This document shows, piece by piece, positions 55,156 to 62,316 of a stretch of 62,316 bases of DNA. A model generated the notes under the pieces. The model was not told the origin of the DNA, did no database searches, and saw nothing but the letters and a program-made list of their open reading frames with translations. The stretch's first letter is position 1. Each line of letters begins with the position of its first letter. Source of the DNA: Alloprevotella sp. (GTDB lineage: Bacteria > Bacillota > Clostridia > Lachnospirales > Bianqueaceae); NCBI GenBank assembly GCA_963627615.1, contig CAVGBV010000002.1, forward strand, positions 1-62,316, in the 5' to 3' direction. A program made the position numbers and the translations under genes.

Positions 55156-57180
55156 ATGCACAGGAAAAGGTATCAGGGAAGCTTTACGGTGTACTTTGTA
55201 TTGATTGTGACAGTGGCGCTGAGCCTTTTCCTGATTCTGCTGTGGGCGGCAAAGCAGTGGATTGGGCATAACGATGCGTTTCGGGCAACGCAGACGGCGG
55301 GACAAAGTGTTCTTAGCAGCTATCATGGAGAGCTTGCGGAGCGTTACGGACTGTATGGAACAAGTATCGAGAAGCTGCGACAGAGGCTGGAGGGCTGGAT
55401 TGAGGCCAATATTCAGTTCCCTGTCGAACGGCTGTATCAGCAGCCGGCCTATCTGGTATCGCCGCGGAAGCTTTGGAACGGGATATTTCATTATGAGCTT
55501 CAATCCGTAGAGGTAACAGGAATAGAGAGCCTCAGGGAACCAGAAGCATTGCTGCGGCAGGTGGAGAACTTTATGAAATACAGGCTTGCACAGGAGGGAC
55601 TGGAGATTTTGATGGAGCAACTGGGAATGGTCCGTCAGTCTTCAGAGGGAGCGGGACTGCAGGCACAGTATGCAGGAATACAGAGAATCCTGGGGGATTA
55701 CAACAACGATTATGGCCAGTTGATTCGGCTGCTGTACCCGGAAGGAGAAGCCGTATATGTGACGATGACACAACAGGAAGAATACCGGCCGCAAAGACTT
55801 CTGGAGGCAGTCAGGAGCATGCGGGACAGGGTGACTGATGAAGCTGTGGAGATACTGGCGTTATGGCAGGAAAATGGATATGACCTTATGTGTAAGAATC
55901 AGGAAGCACTCTCATGTCTGGAGCAATTGGAGGAACTTCTCGAAGACTTACAGAGAAGAATCGCGCATTGGGAGAATACCCTGCAGCAACTATCAGAAGA
56001 GAGAAGAAACGAAGAGAGCGTACAGAGGATGATTCGGAAAATCAGTCAGGTGCAGCAGGAGTTGTGGGGGCTTCATGATGAGATACCACAGCTTCGGCAG
56101 ATTCTGAAGAAAAACCAGACAGTAGTGGAGCCGCTGGAGGCGAGCGCGCAGCGGATCCTTGGACAGTTGAATACGTCCGAGAACGCGGATGAAAATGCGT
56201 TGGAGCAAATGGAGGAGGCCGCAGAACGGTTCCTGCAATATGACGGGAAAATAGAACTGCAATATGAAAAAAATGAAGGGAGCGGGAAGATGGAGCTTGG
56301 GAGGCTCTGGAAGTGGTTGAAAAAGTGGAGGGTCGATCTGAAAAAATATGGAGAGGATACGGCGCTGTTTGAGGGCGGTACGGAGTATCAGGAGGATGAA
56401 GACCTGGAGAAAGCCCTGGGGCAGTCAATGGAAAGAGTGGAGGAAGGAAGCGGACAAGGGATTATAGAAAAGCTGCTGTTGGTTGAATATGCGGTTGGGA
56501 TGTTTCAGAGCCTGGAAGATCAGATACGCAGAGAAGAGGGGAAGACTGCGCAGAATCTCAGAGGTAAGAATTATGGAGAGGGGATCTTTCGGAATGAAAC
56601 GGAATATTTGATACAGGGCAGTGCCAATGAATATGATAACCTTCGGAGTGTTGAGATGCAGATCCTGGGGATACGGATGGTTATGAATATGGCGTATCTG
56701 GCATCAAGCCCGGAGAAACAGACGGTATTGCAAGGTGCGGCCGCGGGAATCGGAGGAATTATTGCACCCGGGATAGGAACGACAGTGATCTATGGCGCAC
56801 TGATGTTTTTGTGGAGCGCCGCGGAATCCTATGTGGATTACGCCTCTTTGGTACAGGGAGGCAGAGTCCCGATCTTCAAGACAGAGGTTTCGTGGAGAAC
56901 CGATCTGGAATCAATCCTTAAAGAAGCTGCGGATGTGATGGAAGGAAACACGGAACGAGAGGAGGAGGGCCTGGACTACGAGATGTATCTGCGAATGTTG
57001 CTGCTTATGCAGGATACAGATACGCTCCTGGAACGGATAGGAAGTGTAATACAGTTTAATCTTCATAAAAATGATAGAGATTTTTTGCTTGCGGACATGG
57101 CGGTCGCTTTTGAAGTCCGGACGGTATTGCAGGGATGGGACGGAGTATATGGAGCAAAGGCATTTTTGGAATATCGGTAA
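55156..57180 (+). CDS. Large TadG-like / DUF5702-like pilus-associated protein
   Basis: N-terminal GSFTVYFVLIVTVALSLFLILL hydrophobic segment typical of TadG-type proteins, a long predicted coiled-coil middle, and a hydrophobic segment near the C-terminus. Confidence 0.5.
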   Translation: MHRKRYQGSFTVYFVLIVTVALSLFLILLWAAKQWIGHNDAFRATQTAGQSVLSSYHGELAERYGLYGTSIEKLRQRLEGWIEANIQFPVERLYQQPAYLVSPRKLWNGIFHYELQSVEVTGIESLREPEALLRQVENFMKYRLAQEGLEILMEQLGMVRQSSEGAGLQAQYAGIQRILGDYNNDYGQLIRLLYPEGEAVYVTMTQQEEYRPQRLLEAVRSMRDRVTDEAVEILALWQENGYDLMCKNQEALSCLEQLEELLEDLQRRIAHWENTLQQLSEERRNEESVQRMIRKISQVQQELWGLHDEIPQLRQILKKNQTVVEPLEASAQRILGQLNTSENADENALEQMEEAAERFLQYDGKIELQYEKNEGSGKMELGRLWKWLKKWRVDLKKYGEDTALFEGGTEYQEDEDLEKALGQSMERVEEGSGQGIIEKLLLVEYAVGMFQSLEDQIRREEGKTAQNLRGKNYGEGIFRNETEYLIQGSANEYDNLRSVEMQILGIRMVMNMAYLASSPEKQTVLQGAAAGIGGIIAPGIGTTVIYGALMFLWSAAESYVDYASLVQGGRVPIFKTEVSWRTDLESILKEAADVMEGNTEREEEGLDYEMYLRMLLLMQDTDTLLERIGSVIQFNLHKNDRDFLLADMAVAFEVRTVLQGWDGVYGAKAFLEYR

Positions 57181-58129
57181 AAAGGGTTCCTATACAGTAG
57201 AGGCGGCAATGATATTCCCGGTATTTATTCTTATGTGGGTACCTTTTCTGTATTTGATGCGGTATTGTATCCTGTATGAGAATCTGCGCGCGGAGATTCA
57301 CCAGACAGCGATGGTTCTGTCAGACACAGGTTATCTGTTTCAGAGAGCAGGGCTAAAAGAAATTCAGGATACTGTGTGGAGAGAGGAAGAAGCGGCAGGA
57401 ACGCCGGAAACGGCATCGGTATGGCTGAATCATTTTGGAGAAGCAGGAAGATGGATTCAAGGAGCATTGTCCTTATGCAGCCGTATTCTGGAAGGCGGAA
57501 TCGACCGGGAGATTTGGCAGTTTACAGTGAATCAGGCAGGTCAGTGGATTACAGGCCAATGGCTGGCAGATCTTCGGACAGAGGAAGATTGGATCGCACT
57601 GGGAGGCGACCAGGCGCCGCAGCTGACATATTCTGAATTCTTTTACACGGATTCCTATGGAGACGACCAGATATGCCTGATTGCTTATGTTGATGTCCAT
57701 TGGCCGGATCCCGCCGGCTTTTTCAAAGAGCGGCGGATTGCCGTCAGCACACGGATCCGGGCTTTTACAGGGTTCTATACAATGACAGAAGCGGATGAGG
57801 ATGCGGACTCGACGGGAAAGGATCCGGAACAGAAGGTATACTATCGAATTGGAAACGGAAAACGATATCATACATTGGATTGCTATTTGATTCAAAAAGA
57901 CATTCGAACATTGGAGAAAAAGAGCGCAGAAGCGCAGGGATATCAGGTATGCGAGGATTGCGGCGGCGATTCGGATATGGTTTGGGTAACGCTAAGGGGG
58001 ACAAGGTATCATAAAAAGGGCTGTGCACACCTCTTTCCGGCAGTCCACGCACTGACAGAAGCAGAATTGCGCAGTGGAAAATATACGCCATGCAGACTCT
58101 GCCAAGGAGAACAACAATGGTTTTCATGA
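57149..58129 (+). CDS. TadE-like pseudopilin fused to two C-terminal Cys/His modules
   Basis: N-terminal GSYTVEAAMIFPVFILMW (TadE-like). The C-terminus has RYHTLDC...YQVCEDCGG and RYHKKGC...YTPCRLCQG. The start (ATG 57149) overlaps the upstream gene by 32 nt and is uncertain. Confidence 0.55.
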   Translation: MEQRHFWNIGKKGSYTVEAAMIFPVFILMWVPFLYLMRYCILYENLRAEIHQTAMVLSDTGYLFQRAGLKEIQDTVWREEEAAGTPETASVWLNHFGEAGRWIQGALSLCSRILEGGIDREIWQFTVNQAGQWITGQWLADLRTEEDWIALGGDQAPQLTYSEFFYTDSYGDDQICLIAYVDVHWPDPAGFFKERRIAVSTRIRAFTGFYTMTEADEDADSTGKDPEQKVYYRIGNGKRYHTLDCYLIQKDIRTLEKKSAEAQGYQVCEDCGGDSDMVWVTLRGTRYHKKGCAHLFPAVHALTEAELRSGKYTPCRLCQGEQQWFS

Positions 58130-58557
58130 TAATTCTTGTGGGGATACTGTTTATGATGGCTTTGCAGGATATAAGGGTACAGGAGATACAGGGGAGAACG
58201 CTGGTCTTCTATAGTGTTACAGGAATTGTTACAGCAGGAATTCGTTTCTTTGGATATGGGCAGATACCGGCAGGGGCGGACGCGCTGCTGCTGGGGGGCT
58301 TGCTTCTTATTCTGCGCAGAGTATCCAGAGACGGAGTGGGGACTGCGGATTTTTGGATACTTGCCGGATTGCCGCTGTTTCTTGATGCCGATGCTATGTG
58401 GATGGGAATTGCGGCGTCCATGCCGTTGCTGCTGCTTACAGCATTGTGTACCTATTGGGAGGAAAGGGATAGATGCGCAGGAATTCCTTATATTCCTTTT
58501 TTGACGGCGGGCATGTTTATTGAAATGTGGAGGAGAATAGGAGATGGCTTTTTTTAA
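58117..58557 (+). CDS. A24-family prepilin peptidase (TadV/CpaA type)
   Basis: 146-aa polytopic protein with the two expected Asp contexts (ALQDIRVQEI and GVGTADFWILAG). Confidence 0.65.
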   Translation: MVFMIILVGILFMMALQDIRVQEIQGRTLVFYSVTGIVTAGIRFFGYGQIPAGADALLLGGLLLILRRVSRDGVGTADFWILAGLPLFLDADAMWMGIAASMPLLLLTALCTYWEERDRCAGIPYIPFLTAGMFIEMWRRIGDGFF

Positions 58558-59233
58558 GGACTTTTATACAGAACAGGGAAAACACTGTCTGCAAGTGACA
58601 ACAGAACGAGACGCATGGGTGGAATATCAGGCACAGATGATATACAGAGCGAGGCTGCCGTGGTTCCCGCCGTGTCAGATCTTTTCCGAGGAACAACGAG
58701 TAGTATATGATCTGTCCGAATGTATAGCGATCTCAGCATATCCTATTTTACCGTCCGGAGAATTGGAGAAAGTGGCTGAAATGCTCCGAAAATTTATAGA
58801 AGCATGCCAACCATATCTACTAAGCGCCGAAAATTGCAGCCGGGAACTCAAACACCTATTTTGGAACACAAGAACGGCTCAGCTGCAATGCATCTACATT
58901 CCGGAACCGAGCCGGGAAGAACCGGAAGAATGGCGCCGGGATATATGGAAAGGGATGATTCAAAATGCAGTGGAGCAATGCTGGCCGGAGGAAGAATTGC
59001 TCAGCTGTTATCGGTTTTATTTGGCGGTCGGAAAAGGAGAGAAAGAAGCCGCCGTTGAGGAGAAGCAGGAGCGCACAGGCATAGCGGAACAGCAGATCCA
59101 TGCGGCTAAGATGGCCAGGTTCGCGTTATGGGATGAACTGGCAGAAGAAGAGGATGCGGAGGAAGAACCCGGAGCGGTCGTACAGCGGGTAAAGGGGAAG
59201 GTGCGGCAGTTCTTCAACAGAAAAGAAAAATAA
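58544..59233 (+). CDS. Hypothetical protein, last gene of the Tad-like operon (DUF6382-like by recollection)
   Basis: Overlaps the peptidase gene by 14 nt. Acidic C-terminal half. No recognised catalytic motif. Confidence 0.4.
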   Translation: MAFFKDFYTEQGKHCLQVTTERDAWVEYQAQMIYRARLPWFPPCQIFSEEQRVVYDLSECIAISAYPILPSGELEKVAEMLRKFIEACQPYLLSAENCSRELKHLFWNTRTAQLQCIYIPEPSREEPEEWRRDIWKGMIQNAVEQCWPEEELLSCYRFYLAVGKGEKEAAVEEKQERTGIAEQQIHAAKMARFALWDELAEEEDAEEEPGAVVQRVKGKVRQFFNRKEK

Positions 59234-59298
59234 GTTGTTTTTTGGAGAGGAGATTGCTATAATATATAGAAGTAAAATATACAGCTGGAGGTGGAGCG

Positions 59299-60063
59299 AT
59301 GTACCAGCAATTTGCAGAGGTGTACGATGAGTTTATGCAAGAGGTGCCTTATTCCCAGTGGGCAGATTATATAGAGAAAATCTGGAGGAATCAGGGGCAG
59401 AGTCCGGAACTGGTGTTGGATCTTGCGTGTGGGACCGGGAGTCTGAGTATTGAATTGGCACAGCGCGGCTATGATATAATCGGAATCGATCAGTCGCAGG
59501 ACATGCTGGGACAAGCCAGAGAAAAGGCCGATGAAGCGGGGACATCCATTTTGTTTCTGGAACAGGATATGCAGGAGTTTGAGCTATATGGAACCGTGGA
59601 TTCTATTATCTGTACATGTGATAGCCTGAACTATTTGCTGGAAGCGGAGGATGTTCGTAAGGTCTTTCGGATGGCGGATAACTACCTCAATCCCGGCGGG
59701 CTCTTCATCTTTGATGTAAACACAGAATACAAGTTCCGGCAGATTCTCGGTGAAAGGACAATCGCGGAAACTTATGAAGATGCGGCTTATATCTGGCAGA
59801 ATTATTATTATGAAGATGAAAAAATAAATGAATATCAGGTGACTTTTTTTCAGAAGCAGGAAACGGGAGATCTGTACAGCCGTGAGGAAGAGACGCATTA
59901 TGAGAGAGCATATGACCGAGCGGAGCTGACAGACTGGTTGGAGGAGGCTGGACTTCGGGTAGTGGGAGTCTACGATGCTTTCACTATGGAGGAGCCGGGA
60001 CCGTCCAGTGAGCGGATCTGCTATGTGGCTGCGGAACAGAAAAAGGGGAAAAGGAGCGAATAA
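59299..60063 (+). CDS. Class I SAM-dependent methyltransferase
   Basis: Motif I VLDLACGTGSLS and post-I DQSQDML; 254 aa. Confidence 0.8.
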   Translation: MYQQFAEVYDEFMQEVPYSQWADYIEKIWRNQGQSPELVLDLACGTGSLSIELAQRGYDIIGIDQSQDMLGQAREKADEAGTSILFLEQDMQEFELYGTVDSIICTCDSLNYLLEAEDVRKVFRMADNYLNPGGLFIFDVNTEYKFRQILGERTIAETYEDAAYIWQNYYYEDEKINEYQVTFFQKQETGDLYSREEETHYERAYDRAELTDWLEEAGLRVVGVYDAFTMEEPGPSSERICYVAAEQKKGKRSE

Positions 60064-60065
60064 TA

Positions 60066-60956
60066 ATGGATTATATGCTGAGAGCGACGGCAGCGGACGA
60101 TCAAATTCGGGCGTTTGCCGTTGTAACGAAAGAAACAGTAGAAGAGGCAAGAAAGCGTCATAATACGAGTCCTGTCGTAACAGCGGCGTTAGGACGCTGC
60201 CTGACGGCGGCAGTAATGATGGGATGGCAGATGAAGGGAGAAAAGGATCAGCTGACGCTGAGAATTGAGGGGTCCGGCCCTATCGGGATGATCAATGTCA
60301 ATGCGAACAGCTTCGGAGAGGTATGGGGATATGCCAAGAATCCGCAGGTAGATCTGCCTCTGAATAATAAGGGAAAGCTGGATGTTGCCGGTGCGATTGG
60401 AATCGGTGTTTTGACAATCATTAAGGATTTGGGGCTGAAGGAGCCCTACAGCGGACAGACGCATCTGATCACAAGTGAAGTGGCGGAGGATTTGGCATAT
60501 TACTTTACGGCATCGGAACAGGTACCGTCAGCGGTATCGCTGGGAGTGCTGGTAGATCGGGATTATTCGGTAAAATGCGCCGGCGGGTTTATTTTCCAGA
60601 TGATGCCGGGCGCAAGTGATGAGACGGCGGCTAAGCTGCAGGACAGAGTTGTAGCATTTCCGTCGATTACACAATATCTATCAGAGGGGCATACCCCGGA
60701 GGAGCTGCTGCAGGATCTATTGGGAGATATGGATCTGCGGATTCTGGATCGGCAGGAGGTTCGCTTCCATTGCAATTGCAACAGGGAACGGGTCGAGAGA
60801 GCGCTGATCAGTATTGGAGAAAAGGATTTGAGAGAGTTGGCCTCAGAAGGAGAGGACATTGAGCTGCGCTGTGACTGCTGCAACGAACCCTATTCCTTTA
60901 CTTCCGAAGAACTGACCGCACTGGCAGAAATCGCTGCCGAAAGGAGACAAAAATGA
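60066..60956 (+). CDS. hslO: Redox-regulated chaperone Hsp33
   Basis: 296 aa. C-terminal zinc centre FHCNCNRE ... RCDCCNEPY. Confidence 0.9.
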   Translation: MDYMLRATAADDQIRAFAVVTKETVEEARKRHNTSPVVTAALGRCLTAAVMMGWQMKGEKDQLTLRIEGSGPIGMINVNANSFGEVWGYAKNPQVDLPLNNKGKLDVAGAIGIGVLTIIKDLGLKEPYSGQTHLITSEVAEDLAYYFTASEQVPSAVSLGVLVDRDYSVKCAGGFIFQMMPGASDETAAKLQDRVVAFPSITQYLSEGHTPEELLQDLLGDMDLRILDRQEVRFHCNCNRERVERALISIGEKDLRELASEGEDIELRCDCCNEPYSFTSEELTALAEIAAERRQK

Positions 60957-61954
60957 AACCGGAACAGGTAAAGAAGCTGTCTATGGGATACTATCCGACG
61001 CCGTTGCAGCGTATGACGCGTTTGGAGAAAAGGCTGGGTGCAGGGCCTCTGTATATAAAACGGGAAGATTTATCGGATATTGGTTTGGGCGGCAATAAGA
61101 TCCGCAAACTGGAATATTTGGTTCAAGACGCGGTGCAGCAGGGATGTACCGCTCTGTTGACTTACGGAGGGCCGCAGACCAATCATGGACGTCTGACAGT
61201 GGCAGCAGCGGTTCGGCAGGGAATGAAAGCTATTTTGCTGCTGGATGGAGAGAAGCCGGCATATTACAGCGGCAATCTTGTATTGGATGGACTGATGGAT
61301 GCGGATATACGGTTTATCGGAGATCAGAATGAAGAAGAATTGACGCAGAAGGTTGTTCGTGAATACGCGGAACGGAATGAAAAGGTCTATGTAATTCCTA
61401 TGGGCGGCAGTAATACATTGGGAGCGCTCGGGTACATTCAGATGATTCCGGAACTGATGGAGCAAATCGCGGCAGAACACCTTACGACAAAGGCACTGGT
61501 GTGCGGTGCGGGTTCTATGGGAACCTTCGCGGGACTCTGGCTCGGCGCGGCGTATTACCATGCCCCGTTCGAGGTCGTCGGAGTTACGATCAATCCATAT
61601 ACGACCTATACGCCCGAGGGAATCTGCCAATATATCAATGCAATCAGTCAGGAGTATGAAATGGGGATCGAATGCCGGCCGGAGCAGCTTCATCTGGAGC
61701 GGGCCTATGCCGGATTGGGATACAATGTACCGGATGAAAAGACGATGGATGCTATTGAGTTGTTGGCGCAGACAGAAGCGATTTTTCTGGATCCCTGTTA
61801 TACCGGTAAGGTTTTCAATGGATATGTGAACATGATCCAGAATGGGACAATTCCTGCTAAAGACGCAATTTTCCTGCACACAGGAGGAGTCCCGGGACTG
61901 TGGTCTACAGAACATATGGACGCGCTGCAAAAGAGAGTCGGCGGGCAGCAGTGA
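60953..61954 (+). CDS. PLP-dependent D-cysteine desulfhydrase / ACC-deaminase family protein
   Basis: GGNKIRKLEYL PLP-Lys motif and HTGG near the C-terminus. ATGA overlap with hslO. Confidence 0.8.
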   Translation: MKPEQVKKLSMGYYPTPLQRMTRLEKRLGAGPLYIKREDLSDIGLGGNKIRKLEYLVQDAVQQGCTALLTYGGPQTNHGRLTVAAAVRQGMKAILLLDGEKPAYYSGNLVLDGLMDADIRFIGDQNEEELTQKVVREYAERNEKVYVIPMGGSNTLGALGYIQMIPELMEQIAAEHLTTKALVCGAGSMGTFAGLWLGAAYYHAPFEVVGVTINPYTTYTPEGICQYINAISQEYEMGIECRPEQLHLERAYAGLGYNVPDEKTMDAIELLAQTEAIFLDPCYTGKVFNGYVNMIQNGTIPAKDAIFLHTGGVPGLWSTEHMDALQKRVGGQQ

Positions 61955-61960
61955 GAAAGG

Positions 61961-61999
61961 AAAAGCCGGAGGCATTTGCAGTCAAAAGCCTCCGGCTAT
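61961..61999. terminator. Bidirectional hairpin between convergent genes
   Basis: GCCGGAGGC / GCCTCCGGC 9-bp stem (61964-61972 / 61987-61995) flanked by A-rich and T-rich runs. Confidence 0.45.
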
Positions 62000-62005
62000 A
62001 AAATA

Positions 62006-62316
62006 TTATTCGTAATGAGCGCGTTCTCCGCCGATGTATTTGGGACGTGTTCTTGCGCACAGGATATTGGCTTCGCCAATTTTGCTCAGCGAAAGCCGAA
62101 CAGGAACGGCAACATCTTTTAGATGCATGCCGATGAGAGTGCCTCCGATATCCAGACCACAATGGGCGCGGATATGTTCAACGGCAACAGGGTTCTGCAT
62201 TTTCTGCCATGCAGTCGTTGCGAAGGAACCGCCGGCCTTGGGCTGCGGAACGACACAGACCGGTTCGTAACCGTATTTTTCAGCGGCTTCGGCTTCCAGA
62301 ATCAGCGCGCGGTTCA
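62006..62316 (-). CDS. TIGR01440/DUF436 (UPF0340) family protein, 5'-truncated by window edge
   Basis: The frame stays open from the window end to the stop at 62006. ...PKAGGSFATTAW..., GLDIGGTLIGMHLKDVAVPVR and RPKYIGGERAHY match my recollection of the family. Confidence 0.6.
   Translation of the reverse strand, partial: NRALILEAEAAEKYGYEPVCVVPQPKAGGSFATTAWQKMQNPVAVEHIRAHCGLDIGGTLIGMHLKDVAVPVRLSLSKIGEANILCARTRPKYIGGERAHYE

Overview
62.3-kb chromosomal window from a Gram-positive anaerobe, probably Clostridia/Lachnospiraceae-like. Taxon clues: mid-50s % GC by eye, AGGAGG-type RBSs, hpf-secA-prfB and rpsF-ssb-rpsR synteny, a SipW-type signal peptidase. This assignment is inferred, not searched. 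Most genes are + strand housekeeping: carAB, P-type ATPase, hpf, secA, prfB with a +1 frameshift, dnaE, pfkA, yfhO-like, aroB, rpsF-ssb-rpsR, Trk/Ktr K+ uptake, TrmH-family methyltransferase, lgt, hslO. Three accessory blocks interrupt them. (i) 9.2-14.2 kb: an orphan beta-class DNA methyltransferase, a CE15-like esterase, HIT, CYTH, and a Sel1-TM-degenerate-NERD protein, followed by a dense DnaA-box cluster upstream of hpf. (ii) 34.6-43.5 kb: a tightly packed 11-gene operon, tetR - sipW - three TasA/BsaA-like genes - an acidic Cys-cluster protein - a 1018-aa VWA protein - a fourth TasA-like gene - a TasA-like::CnaBx2::LIQTG wall-anchor protein - sortase. This is my best candidate for an undescribed system: a SipW/TasA-type fibre that is sortase-anchored and carries a VWA adhesin. 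It is followed by a lower-GC islet with an orphan PD-(D/E)XK-like gene and a 72-74 bp tandem hairpin-repeat array. (iii) 50.1-59.2 kb: a secretin-less Tad/Flp-type pilus locus with unusual pseudopilin fusions, preceded by a terminator-like leader. Also notable: the CarA homologue has all three glutaminase triad positions substituted, and the prfB frameshift site uses TAA. No rRNA, tRNA, CRISPR array or transposase was recognised. All homology calls come from motif recognition by eye; no database search was run.
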